The notes under the pieces are model-generated. The model searched no databases and had not been told where the DNA came from. It worked only from the letters and a program-made list of their open reading frames with translations. A stretch of DNA of 64,000 bases from Polyangiales bacterium (GTDB lineage Bacteria; Myxococcota_A; Polyangia; Polyangiales; Polyangiaceae): positions 32,001 through 96,000 of the forward strand of contig JBBRNJ010000007.1 of assembly GCA_038230375.1 (NCBI GenBank), given 5' to 3'. Shown one piece after another: positions 39,336 to 48,447 of this stretch (position 1 is the first letter of the stretch; each line of letters opens with the position of its first letter). Both the position numbers and the translations under genes were made by a program.

Positions 39336-41075
39336 CTACGGTTTTGCGTCGTACAGGCCTTCGAACTCGGCCTTGAAGGCTTCATACACCTTCTTGCGCC
39401 GAACCTTGAAGGAAGCCGTGAGAAGGCCCGCTTCCACCGTCAACGGGCTCGACATGACGTGGAACTTCTTGATCGACTCGTAGCTTGCGAGGCTCTCGTT
39501 GACCTTCGCCACGCGGTCTCGGACGAGCTGCGCGCGTGCCGCTGCCTGCTCGGGCTCCGGCGTGCTGCGCGTCTTCAACGTCTCCGCGATCGCGGCCTCG
39601 TTCAGCCAGATCCCGGCGACGAGGAACTTCTTTGCCTCGCCGTAGACCACCACGTGTGCGAAATGCGGATCGTCCGCGAAGCGGATCTCGATGTTCGCAG
39701 GCGGCACGTTCTTGCCGCCCGCGGTGACCAGGATGTCCTTCTTGCGATCGATGATCTGAAGGAAGCCGTCATCCGTGAAGCGACCTACGTCGCCAGTCTG
39801 GAACCAGCCGTCGGCGGTGAAGGCCTCCTTGGTCGCTGCCGGATCCTTGTGATAGCCGCGGAACACGTTCGCGCCGCGTGCGAGGATCTCGCCGTCCTCA
39901 GCGAGCTTCAGCTCCACGCTCGGCAACGGCTTGCCCACGGTGTCGAAGCGGAACGCGTCCGGACGATTGAGCGTGAGCGTGGGTGACGTCTCGGTCAGGC
40001 CGTAGCCCTCGATGATGAGCACGCCGCCCGCATAGAAGTAGTCCTTCACCTCGCGCTTGAGGCCCGCGCCTCCGGAGAGACAAAACTTGAGCCGGCCGCC
40101 CGTGGTCTCCACGAACTTCTTGAGGCGCGCCTCTGGCGTGGCCTCGTGCATGGACAGGTGCGCGAGCTTCTCCCAGTGTGACGGCACGCTCATGAAGACG
40201 TGTGGCTTGAGCTCCGGCAGCTGCTTCAGACAGCTCACCGGATCGGACAGGTACGTCTCCATGCAGAGCGTGTTGCCCAGGCACATCTCGCCGAAGCCGA
40301 AGATGTGGCTCATGGGCAGCCACAGCACGTCCACCATGTTCTCTTCCAGCAGCGGGCCGTTGCACTTCAGCCAGTCCAGGCCGTTCACGGCGACGTTCTT
40401 GTGCGTGAGCGGTACGCCCTTCGGGTTCCCGCTTGTGCCGCTGGTGTAGAGCATCATGCCGAGCTGCTCGATCGAGACGCCGTGCAGCATCTTCTCGAAG
40501 CCCTTTGCGTCCTCTGCGTGCTTGCGCGCGCCGATCTCGCGGGCGCGACTCCAGCCAATGACGCGCTTCTCGACCTCTTCCTTCGAGGGAACGGTCACTC
40601 CCTTGGCAACAAGGCTCTCGCGCACGCGCTCCGCGTCCAGGCTGTCGTCGAGCGTGACGATCTTCGAGACCTGCGTGAGGCTCGGCCATGCCTCGAGCAG
40701 CCGCCCGAGCAGCGCCGGCGTATCCACGAAGACAACCTTCGCGTCCGAGTGCGAGACCACGTACGCGGCCCCCTCCGTCGTGGACGCCGGATAGATCGGC
40801 ACGATCACGCCACCAGCCGCCTGGATCGCGAGCGCCGCGCTTGCCCACGCCACGCGGTTGGGTGCGTAGATGCAGGCGCGGTCTTCGTTCGCGAGCTCGC
40901 CGTGGAGGAAGAGACCAATGTCGCGGATCTCGTCCGCGAACTCGCCCCAGGTCACCTTTGTCCATGAGCCCTTGCCGTCGGGCACGTGGAAGCGGGTCTT
41001 GTCCTTGCGCTCGGCGAGCGAGTCGAACACTGCGCGCGGCGCGGGCTTCATCTCCAGAAACGGCGTGATGTCCAT
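39336..41075 (-). CDS. Long-chain acyl-CoA synthetase (AMP-binding)
   Basis: [41 protein letters not shown]. Confidence 0.92.
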   Translation of the reverse strand: MDITPFLEMKPAPRAVFDSLAERKDKTRFHVPDGKGSWTKVTWGEFADEIRDIGLFLHGELANEDRACIYAPNRVAWASAALAIQAAGGVIVPIYPASTTEGAAYVVSHSDAKVVFVDTPALLGRLLEAWPSLTQVSKIVTLDDSLDAERVRESLVAKGVTVPSKEEVEKRVIGWSRAREIGARKHAEDAKGFEKMLHGVSIEQLGMMLYTSGTSGNPKGVPLTHKNVAVNGLDWLKCNGPLLEENMVDVLWLPMSHIFGFGEMCLGNTLCMETYLSDPVSCLKQLPELKPHVFMSVPSHWEKLAHLSMHEATPEARLKKFVETTGGRLKFCLSGGAGLKREVKDYFYAGGVLIIEGYGLTETSPTLTLNRPDAFRFDTVGKPLPSVELKLAEDGEILARGANVFRGYHKDPAATKEAFTADGWFQTGDVGRFTDDGFLQIIDRKKDILVTAGGKNVPPANIEIRFADDPHFAHVVVYGEAKKFLVAGIWLNEAAIAETLKTRSTPEPEQAAARAQLVRDRVAKVNESLASYESIKKFHVMSSPLTVEAGLLTASFKVRRKKVYEAFKAEFEGLYDAKP

Positions 41076-41089
41076 GATCGTTACCTCTC

Positions 41090-41437
41090 TCAGTTCCGTG
41101 CTTCGAGCGCCGGCTGGGCAGCGCCATTCAACGTCTTCTTTGCCTGCTCCTCACGCGCCGCTCGATCTTCCAGGCGCTCTTCCAGATCCATGAGGCGGCT
41201 CTCGAGCCTGTTCAGCGCATGCAGTACGCGCTCCTGATCGTGCTTCGTTGCAAGGCCAGCCATGCCGAGCAGCGTGACCTTCGCCTTGTCGCCCGCGGTC
41301 TTCGCCTTCATCACGGCCGTGATCAACGCGCCGCTGGGGCCGAGCACGAGCGGACTACGGATCACGTTCTCGAGGAACTTCGCTGTCTCGTTCTCCCACG
41401 CGTCGAAGCCCTTCTTCCACATCTCCCATCCAGTCAT
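41090..41437 (-). CDS. Small PhaE-like / class IV PhaR-like synthase subunit
   Basis: WEMWKK...WE N-terminus and [27 protein letters not shown] coiled coil resemble the PhaE C-terminal motif; lies in the phaC operon. Confidence 0.6.
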   Translation of the reverse strand: MTGWEMWKKGFDAWENETAKFLENVIRSPLVLGPSGALITAVMKAKTAGDKAKVTLLGMAGLATKHDQERVLHALNRLESRLMDLEERLEDRAAREEQAKKTLNGAAQPALEARN

Positions 41438-41472
41438 CGGAATGCTCCTTGTCGTTCAGGCTTCGTTGTTGG

Positions 41473-42333
41473 TCAGGGCAGAAGACCAAGGCGGCGAACC
41501 TCGGCTGCGCTGGTGAAGTTGTCTTGCGTCTCATTCGGCTGGCCCGTGGCGCGCGCCACCTCGCCGAAGCACTCGAACAGGAACGAGGTCTGGCGCGTGG
41601 TCTGTGCCATGCCTGCGGTGGGCGTTGCGGTCAGCGTGGTGCGCACACGCAGCGCCTGCGAGAACGTGATCGACGGAAGGCTGATGGTGCCCGCGCCGTC
41701 CACGTTGACCACGTAGGTGTCCTTGCCCGCGTACGGAAGGCCGCGCACCATCGCGTTCTTCACGTTGCCAGTGCTCGTGTACGACTGGCCGGGCGCGATC
41801 GGGAAGCGGAAGATGTCCACCGGTGAATCGTAGACGTAGAGCGTCTTCCCCTCGGACGGGGTCTCGATGAACGACGCCAGACCGAGCAGGTGGTAACCAC
41901 TTGTATCATACACGTAAACACCCTCGACGCGCGCCGCGGCGTCGGACGGCACCACGAACGCGCTGTCCGGGAAAGACGCCGCGTACCACTTGCCCTTGAT
42001 CGCCGTGGCCTGGGTATGAACGACCTGATCGTCCGCGTAGTCGATCGCGAAATCCCACGTGAGGTGGCCCTGCGCGTCCGGCTTCCCCGCAAGGTCCACC
42101 GTGCGTGCCTTGCCCGCAGGCGAGAACAGGTACGAGAGCGGGATGCCAAAGGCGGCCTGCAGCTCCTTCGCCTCGATCTTGCCGTCCAGGTTTGGCGTGC
42201 ATGCGAGCGGGGCAGGCGCGCCGCCCTCGTAGTCCGTGTGCTCCTGGTTCGTCTGGTTGTCGCCGCAGCTGACGAGCCCCGACACGCCGAGCGTGGTCAC
42301 CGCGAGAAGGAGGAGGTGGTTCCGGGTCATCAT
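41473..42333 (-). CDS. Beta-rich lipoprotein, paralogue of 44974-45993
   Basis: LVSC lipobox; CTPNLDGKI, TWDF, FRFP, QALRV, ECFG motifs shared with the paralogue. Confidence 0.75.
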   Translation of the reverse strand: MMTRNHLLLLAVTTLGVSGLVSCGDNQTNQEHTDYEGGAPAPLACTPNLDGKIEAKELQAAFGIPLSYLFSPAGKARTVDLAGKPDAQGHLTWDFAIDYADDQVVHTQATAIKGKWYAASFPDSAFVVPSDAAARVEGVYVYDTSGYHLLGLASFIETPSEGKTLYVYDSPVDIFRFPIAPGQSYTSTGNVKNAMVRGLPYAGKDTYVVNVDGAGTISLPSITFSQALRVRTTLTATPTAGMAQTTRQTSFLFECFGEVARATGQPNETQDNFTSAAEVRRLGLLP

Positions 42334-42335
42334 GG

Positions 42336-43946
42336 TCAGAACCTGTACGCGAGGCGAACGCGGCCCAGCGCCGCAGGCTTCGCGTTCTTGTGGAGATCAG
42401 GGTTGTCTAGGCCCGCGAGCGGGAAGAGTACGCCGCCCTCGATCGCGGCGAAGAAGCCCTCGCGCGCCACGTACGCGATCTGCGGATCGAACTCGATGCC
42501 GAGCGGCTTCGCGCCACCGGGTGTGGACTGCGAGTAGATGGCCGTGGAGCCGATGCCCGCCAGCGTGGCGACGAGCGCGGAGCTGGTGAAGCCCGCGATG
42601 CGCGCGCGGACGTGCGGACGGAGATAGGCAGCGTCCGTCACCGTGCCGATGATCTCGCGGAAGAGGATCTGATCGATGCGGAAATCCGGGTGGAAGCGGA
42701 AGTTGTCCACCGTGCGATCGGACGTGCCGTTCGACTGCGGACCATCCAGATCGCCGGGCTTCGGCTGCATCGCGTTCGGCGGCGTGTTGACGCCCATTCC
42801 CGGCGCGTTGTCGCCGCTTGCATAGCCCGCGTCCACGCCGAAGCCGAAGCGATCCTCGGGGCGACCGATCTCGCTCTGCACGGCGGCGCCCAGCTGGTGG
42901 CTGGTCACGCCGCTCTTCAGCAGCGCGCCAGGCAGCAACGACGGCTGGTCTACAGTGGCGAGCAGGTACACGACCTCTGCCTCGACGCGGCCGCCGGGGA
43001 GTGTCAGCCGGCCCCACGCATCGAGCGCGGTCGCCTGATAGCCACGATGCATCACCTGCGCGGAGTTGAGTGCCACGGGCGATGAGACCGACAGGTACGA
43101 GGCCGGGATGTCGTTGTTCTGCCAGCGATGCGAGACGTACGCGCCGTACTCCGCGGTGGTCTTGTCCGCCTTGCGCCGCCGGTTGCGCGTCTCTTCGTCC
43201 TTGTACTGCAGGCCCGCGAACGTGATCGTCCGCACGTCCACTGAAGGCTCCACGTCCACGGTGTGCGCGGGGTTCGTGGTGGTGCCGGACAGCGGGCCGA
43301 TGGCGCTGAAGTCGTAGGCGAGCGCGAAGATGTGGCCCGCGAGCGGCGTGACGAGCGCGATGCGATCCGCGGCGTCGCCGGAGTCGCAGTCCAGGCAATC
43401 ACCGCCGTTGGTGAGGATGCCAAGACCCCAGTGGCTCCCCATGCGGCCCGCCGCGAGGATGCCGAAAGGGAGCAGCACCTCACCGTAGGCGCGCTTCAAG
43501 GCGAGAGCCTGTGTCGGCGAGTTCTGCGTGGTGGACGCCGCGGGCGAGCCATTCGGCAAGCTGCCGAGCGCAAGGTTGTCGAGCGCATCCATCCGCACCT
43601 TCACGGCGAGCATCTGCCCCGGCGCGTAGATCGCCACGTCCGTGCGCAGGCGCATGTCCCAGTGCGTGAGCCACTGCGCGTTCGGGTCTGCTTGCGACAC
43701 CGGGAAGAGCACCTGCCCCGAGGGCGTGGGACCGCGATCCAGATCCAGGTTGCCGTACGCGTTGCCGCGCGTGCGCAGGTAGCCGTCGAGCTTCACCTCC
43801 GCCTTGTCGCGCGCCACGATGTCATCGCCGATGTCGGTGAAGCCCGTAGCGGAGGCGACGCCCGTGACGCACGTCATGGAAGAGAGCACGCCCGCGAACG
43901 TGAGCCCGCGCAGCGTGAGCTTCGTGACGTGCGAGCCGCGCATCAA
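42336..43946 (-). CDS. Outer-membrane beta-barrel, TIGR04551-like
   Basis: Signal peptide, LDGYLRTR, DMRLR, GRMGSHWGLGILTNGGDCLDCDSGD, NFRFHPDFRIDQILFREIIGTVT, C-terminal RLAYRF beta-signal. Confidence 0.75.
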   Translation of the reverse strand: MMRGSHVTKLTLRGLTFAGVLSSMTCVTGVASATGFTDIGDDIVARDKAEVKLDGYLRTRGNAYGNLDLDRGPTPSGQVLFPVSQADPNAQWLTHWDMRLRTDVAIYAPGQMLAVKVRMDALDNLALGSLPNGSPAASTTQNSPTQALALKRAYGEVLLPFGILAAGRMGSHWGLGILTNGGDCLDCDSGDAADRIALVTPLAGHIFALAYDFSAIGPLSGTTTNPAHTVDVEPSVDVRTITFAGLQYKDEETRNRRRKADKTTAEYGAYVSHRWQNNDIPASYLSVSSPVALNSAQVMHRGYQATALDAWGRLTLPGGRVEAEVVYLLATVDQPSLLPGALLKSGVTSHQLGAAVQSEIGRPEDRFGFGVDAGYASGDNAPGMGVNTPPNAMQPKPGDLDGPQSNGTSDRTVDNFRFHPDFRIDQILFREIIGTVTDAAYLRPHVRARIAGFTSSALVATLAGIGSTAIYSQSTPGGAKPLGIEFDPQIAYVAREGFFAAIEGGVLFPLAGLDNPDLHKNAKPAALGRVRLAYRF

Positions 43947-44977
43947 TCCGGCTCTTTCGGGATCGGTGCGCCGCTGCCAGCGCCGTTGCCAGCGCCGTTC
44001 GTTCCCGGTCCGGTCGGTGCGGGTGGTGCCACGGGCTCGGGCGCGTCGACCTCGTTCAGGAACGCAACGAGCTCGCGCGTGGAGGCTTCCTTGGCCTCGA
44101 GCATCGGGAAGTGTCCGCAGCGCGGGTAGACCTCTAGCCGCGCGTTGGGCAGATCGCGCGCAAGTCGCTCACCGAACGCGACGGGCGTGACGGTGTCCTC
44201 GCGACCCCACATCAGCAGCGTGGGCTTCTGCACCTTGCGGTACTTGTGCTCCACGTGCGCGTAGCGTTGACCGCGCACGGCGGCGAGCGCGGCGGCCACG
44301 GTGCCCGGGCGATCCATCGCGTTCTCGACCGACTCCACGAGCTCCTCGGTGACGTAGCTCTTGTCGAAGAACGCGAGCGAGATCTTCTCTGCCGGGCGCT
44401 CCTTGTAATACAGGCCGAAGAGCGTCTCGCCCACGCCGTCCGCGCGCGACCAGTGGAAGAACGCAGGCAGCTGCGCCTCGTAGACCCACGCGTCGTACAT
44501 GGCCATGCGCGTCACGGCCTCGGGCTTCTGCATGGCGACCTGCAGCGCGACTGAAGAGCCCCACGAGTGCGCGACCAGCGCTGCGCGATCGATCCCGCGC
44601 TGCGACATGAGCCCAAGGACGATGCGCGCCTGCGCGGCAGGTGAGTAGTCACCCTCTGGACGGTCGGTCCAGCCGAACCCCTTCAGATCCAGGGCGAGGA
44701 CGCGGTGCGCCTTCAGCAGCTCGGGGATGACCGTCCCCCACGCCTCGATCGACGAAGCGAACCCGTGGATCAGGACCACGGCGGGCTTGTCGCCCCCGCT
44801 GTCCAGATACCGGACGCGTGCGCCCTCCACGTTCGCGAACGTGGCTGTTTTCGGCTCCCCCGGCATAGAACCTTGATGAAACGACATGCACCCCGCGACG
44901 AGCGGCAAGAGGACGACGAACGCGACCAGGAGACATGCCCGCGTCGCAAAGAACCGCAAGTTCCCCCTCACGCTCAC
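43943..44977 (-). CDS. Alpha/beta hydrolase lipoprotein
   Basis: VAGC lipobox, LIHGF, DLKGFG, AHSWGS, WGRED, CGHFP. Confidence 0.88.
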   Translation of the reverse strand: MSVRGNLRFFATRACLLVAFVVLLPLVAGCMSFHQGSMPGEPKTATFANVEGARVRYLDSGGDKPAVVLIHGFASSIEAWGTVIPELLKAHRVLALDLKGFGWTDRPEGDYSPAAQARIVLGLMSQRGIDRAALVAHSWGSSVALQVAMQKPEAVTRMAMYDAWVYEAQLPAFFHWSRADGVGETLFGLYYKERPAEKISLAFFDKSYVTEELVESVENAMDRPGTVAAALAAVRGQRYAHVEHKYRKVQKPTLLMWGREDTVTPVAFGERLARDLPNARLEVYPRCGHFPMLEAKEASTRELVAFLNEVDAPEPVAPPAPTGPGTNGAGNGAGSGAPIPKEPD

Positions 44978-45993
44978 TGCGAGATCCTGATCAGCTCAGC
45001 CGACTGTGTGAAGTCGACAACCGGAGCCGTGGGCGTTCCGACGGAAGACGACGCGGACGTGGAGGTCGCCTTCGCGATGGTGCCGTAGCACTCCGTCACC
45101 CAGGCGTACGTCCGCGTGATGGTGATGGTGTGGTACGTGATGAAGTTCACGTCCTGCGTGAGCAGCGTGGCCACGCGCAGCGCCTGGAACGTCGCGAACG
45201 GGGTCTTCACGGTGCCCGTCTTGTCGACCGTCGTGTCGTACGTCTCCGTGTAGTACATGGCCGCGATGGTCGTTCCCTGATACTTGCCGCCGGCGTTCGA
45301 CGTGGTCTTCCAGGCGTCGTCCTTCTTGAAAGGGAACTTCAAGATCGGGATGGGCGTGTCGTACGTGAGCTCCGTGTCCTTTGCGCCACCCATGGTGGGC
45401 GACACGTCGCCAAGGAGCGAGAGCGCGGTGGCGCCGTACTCGAACACGCCGAGCAGCGTGTCCTCCTGCGAGAGCTTCGATGCATACGTCGCCTTCGCGA
45501 AGTCCTTCGCCCAGTACGTGCCCGTGGGCGACAGCGTCTGCACGAACCCGGACTGATCCGAGGCGAGCTTGCCCGTGAAGTCCCACGTGAACGTGCCATC
45601 GCCGTTGTTCGTGCCCGCGGTGTCGATCGTCTCGTTCGTCGCGATCAGGAACGTGGCCTTGAGGCCGGGACCGAGCGGCACCTCGTCGTGGGTGATCACG
45701 CCGTCCTTGTTGGCCATGCACCCCGGACCCGCGTCGAAGTCGAACGAGCCGTCCTTCACCGAGCCGCCGCCGTCGGAGTCACCGTTGCCGCCTTCGCCCG
45801 ATGCGCCGTCGCCGCCGCCGTCCGTGGAGGACGGAGGAACGCAGGTGCCGTCTGCGTTGCAGGCGCCGGACAGACAGTCGGCGCCCACGTTGCACTGCCG
45901 CGAGCTGCTGCTGCTGCACGCACCGCACACGGTCGCGAGCACGGCTGCAAAGGCGAGCGAGCTCAGCAGGAAAGGGCGGGCATGCATCATCAT
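44974..45993 (-). CDS. Beta-rich lipoprotein, paralogue of 41473-42333
   Basis: CGAC-SSSS lipobox; CMANKDGVI, TWDF, LKFP, QALRV, ECYG. Confidence 0.75.
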   Translation of the reverse strand: MMMHARPFLLSSLAFAAVLATVCGACSSSSSRQCNVGADCLSGACNADGTCVPPSSTDGGGDGASGEGGNGDSDGGGSVKDGSFDFDAGPGCMANKDGVITHDEVPLGPGLKATFLIATNETIDTAGTNNGDGTFTWDFTGKLASDQSGFVQTLSPTGTYWAKDFAKATYASKLSQEDTLLGVFEYGATALSLLGDVSPTMGGAKDTELTYDTPIPILKFPFKKDDAWKTTSNAGGKYQGTTIAAMYYTETYDTTVDKTGTVKTPFATFQALRVATLLTQDVNFITYHTITITRTYAWVTECYGTIAKATSTSASSSVGTPTAPVVDFTQSAELIRISQ

Positions 45994-46080
45994 GGGTTGT
46001 CTCTTTGCACCAACGGACGTGAGGAGCAAGACGGGGCTCGGGGAGGTCCGGCTCCGAGGAGACGACCCGCACGGTCCCGG

Positions 46081-46197
46081 ATTGTTGCAGGCGCAGCAAT
46101 CCGAAAGCGGGCATTCCTTACGATGCGGATCCCGGTCGGTCAAGGTCAATTGTGCGGCGCAACATGCTGCGCGGTCCGGGAATGCTGCGCATGCGCA
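46081..46197. promoter_or_regulatory. Putative PhaR operators in the divergent promoter region
   Basis: ATTGTTGC-AGGC-GCAGCAAT (46081-46100), TGTGCGGCGCAACA (46151-46164), palindrome TGCGCATGCGCA (46186-46197); TGC-N3/4-GCA pattern known for PhaR. Confidence 0.6.
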
Positions 46198-46253
46198 TTC
46201 CTGGCGCCGACGAGGTTGCTCCGGGGCAGCGCCGTGCCATACTCGCGGCCTCC

Positions 46254-46925
46254 ATGGCTGCCCCCCTGATCGTCAAGAAGTACTCGAACCGCAGGCTCTA
46301 CGACACCGCGGACAGCCGCTATGTCACGCTGGAGGAGCTCACGCACAAGATCCGCGCGGGCACGGACGTGCAGGTCGTGGATGCGTCCTCTGGCGCCGAC
46401 CTCACGCAGGTCACGCTGACGCAGATCATCCTGGAGAGCCGCGGTGGCGCGAAGCTCTTGCCGGTGCCGTTGCTCATCCACCTGATCCGCATGGGGGATG
46501 AGGCCCTCGCGGAGTTCTTCGGTCGCTACATGACGTGGGCCCTCGAAATCTACATGCGCGCGCGTTCGCAGGCGCAGGCGATCTCACCGTACGTGCCGCT
46601 GGCCACGGTGCCCTTCTCCGCCACGAACGCCCTTGCGCGCATGGTGCTCGGCGCCTCGCCATGGGCGCAGCAGCAGCCCGTACCGCCGCCGCCGCACATG
46701 CAGCAGCAGCCCATGCCACCGCCGCCAGGCGAGGACATGCCGCCGCCGCCGTATGTCCAGCCGCCGTACTACGAAGGTCCGCCGCAGGCCGCGCCCTCCA
46801 CGGCGTCCGTGGGCGCCACGGCCGACGACCTTGCGGCGATCCGCAAGGAGCTCGAGGCGCTGCGCCAGTCCGTCCGCAAGCGAAAATCGAGCAAGTCCGC
46901 GAAGCGTGGTGCACGTGCGAAGTGA
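46254..46925 (+). CDS. phaR: PHA synthesis regulator with N-terminal DNA-binding domain
   Basis: IVKKYSNRRLYDTADSRYVTLEEL...DLTQVTLTQIILE...LIHLIR. Confidence 0.9.
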   Translation: MAAPLIVKKYSNRRLYDTADSRYVTLEELTHKIRAGTDVQVVDASSGADLTQVTLTQIILESRGGAKLLPVPLLIHLIRMGDEALAEFFGRYMTWALEIYMRARSQAQAISPYVPLATVPFSATNALARMVLGASPWAQQQPVPPPPHMQQQPMPPPPGEDMPPPPYVQPPYYEGPPQAAPSTASVGATADDLAAIRKELEALRQSVRKRKSSKSAKRGARAK

Positions 46926-46936
46926 CGGGCGTCAGA

Positions 46937-46992
46937 ATTTGCTGCACTGCAAAATAAATCCCCTTGACGGGCCGACATCTCGAACGTAGTTT
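46937..46992 (+). promoter_or_regulatory. Sigma70-type promoter of the phasin gene with adjacent PhaR box
   Basis: TTGACG (46964-46969), 17 nt spacer, TAGTTT (46987-46992); ATTTGCTGCACTGCAAAAT at 46937-46955. Confidence 0.7.
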
Positions 46993-47057
46993 GCGCCGGG
47001 TCAACGCGACATACGCGGCAATCAAAGGCGATTGGCGCTCAAACACGGAGAACTACC

Positions 47058-47327
47058 ATGGCTGATACGTTTACTTCGCAGGTGCACAATGTTCAGGCTT
47101 TCTTCACCAAGGCGGTCGAGGAGAGCGTGAACCGCACGAACGCCGTCTTCACCGAGTTCGGCAAGGTCGACGCGAAGACGTCGGAGCAGGCCGGCCTGAT
47201 GGTCGACGAGGCCGCGAAGATGACCAAGGAGTCGATCGCGTACTCCTCCGCCCTCGCGAGCGAGTGGCGCCGTCTCTCGCTCGAAGCCGTCAAGCGCACT
47301 GCGGACATGTTCGCCGCAAAGGCCTGA
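47058..47327 (+). CDS. Probable phasin (granule-associated protein)
   Basis: 89-aa Ala-rich amphipathic helical protein, GGAG RBS, downstream of phaR and a PhaR box. The call rests mainly on context. Confidence 0.65.
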   Translation: MADTFTSQVHNVQAFFTKAVEESVNRTNAVFTEFGKVDAKTSEQAGLMVDEAAKMTKESIAYSSALASEWRRLSLEAVKRTADMFAAKA

Positions 47328-47336
47328 TCCTCGGCC

Positions 47337-47440
47337 GCTCGCCTTTCGCGTGAAGCTCGTGCTCCGCGTATCTCGCCGCTCTTCCGAGAAGACCGTGCTG
47401 GGAGCGCCGAGCGCGAGCTTCGCGTGCGGTCACGGCGAGC
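47337..47440 (+). other. Rod-like RNA stem-loop between phasin and SDR genes
   Basis: 17-bp stem 47348-47364/47409-47425 with three G-U pairs, outer GCTCGCC/GGCGAGC, inner TCTTC/GAAGA. Confidence 0.65.
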
Positions 47441-47465
47441 CTCACTCTTTTCGAAGGAAACACAC

Positions 47466-48212
47466 ATGAAGCTCGAAGACCTGAAGATCATCGTGACTGG
47501 CGGCGCATCCGGCATGGGCGCGCATTTCGTGAAGCGCCTCGCAGAGGCCGGCGCCAAGGTGTGCGCGGGCGATGTGAACGAGGGCATGCTGAACGAGCTC
47601 CCGCCCGGGATCTTCAAGCGCAAGCTCGACGTCGCGGATCCTCACGGGTGCGAGGCCTTCGTGGCCTGGGCGGCGGAGCAGATGGGCGGCCTCAACGGCC
47701 TCGTGAACAATGCGGGCATCATCCGCGACGGTCTCCTCGTGAAGAAGGACCGCGAGACCGGCGCGATCAAGAAGCTGTCGCGCGAGGACTGGAACGCCGT
47801 CATCGGCGTGAACCTCTCCGGCGCCACGTTCATGGCCCAGGAGCTGGTCGCTTACATGGTCGAGAAGAACCAGAAGCCCGGCGTCGTCGTGAACATCTCG
47901 TCGATCTCGCGCCATGGCAACCGCGGCCAGTCGAACTACGTCGCAGCGAAGGCCGCCATCGCAGCGAACACGCTGACGTGGGCACGCGAGTGGGCGCAGT
48001 ACGGCGTGCGCTGCGCGGCGATCGCCCCCGGCATGATCGAGACCCCGATGACGAAGGGCATGAACCAGAAGGCGCGCGACGCCGTCGTCGCGATGATCCC
48101 GAGCGGCCGCATCGGAATGCCCGAGGACATCTGGCAGGCCGTGAGGTTCGCGCTCGAGTGCGACTACTTCAACGCGCGAACGATGGACGTCGACGGTGGA
48201 CTGTCGTTCTGA
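47466..48212 (+). CDS. SDR, FabG/PhaB-like 3-oxoacyl reductase
   Basis: TGGASGMG, NNAGIIRDG, NYVAAK, IAPGMIET. Confidence 0.9.
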   Translation: MKLEDLKIIVTGGASGMGAHFVKRLAEAGAKVCAGDVNEGMLNELPPGIFKRKLDVADPHGCEAFVAWAAEQMGGLNGLVNNAGIIRDGLLVKKDRETGAIKKLSREDWNAVIGVNLSGATFMAQELVAYMVEKNQKPGVVVNISSISRHGNRGQSNYVAAKAAIAANTLTWAREWAQYGVRCAAIAPGMIETPMTKGMNQKARDAVVAMIPSGRIGMPEDIWQAVRFALECDYFNARTMDVDGGLSF

Positions 48213-48244
48213 GATGGCTGCGGATCGACGGCGGCAGCGAAGGA

Positions 48245-48366
48245 TCGACGTCGACACGAACTTCGACAACGACCTCGACAACGACGTGGACCTCGACCTC
48301 GACTTCGACCTGAACATCGACATCGACATCGACGTCGACCGGATCGTGGACTTCGACCTCGACCTT
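48245..48366. repeat. Degenerate period-6 (GACNTC-type) repeat tract
   Basis: About 20 imperfect hexamers, e.g. GACCTC GACTTC GACATC GACGTC. Confidence 0.8.
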
Positions 48367-48447
48367 CACCCAGCCCTCTCTTTTTGAACCGAGTGGCGTG
48401 TCGTTGCCTTCGTGCTAGCGACACGCCGTTCTCACGAGTAGTACCCG

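Noticed and set aside
47466..48212. Naming the SDR phaB
   Set aside because: Context fits, but the sequence looks like a generic FabG-like SDR with an acidic cofactor-site residue (GDVN); not assignable without a search.
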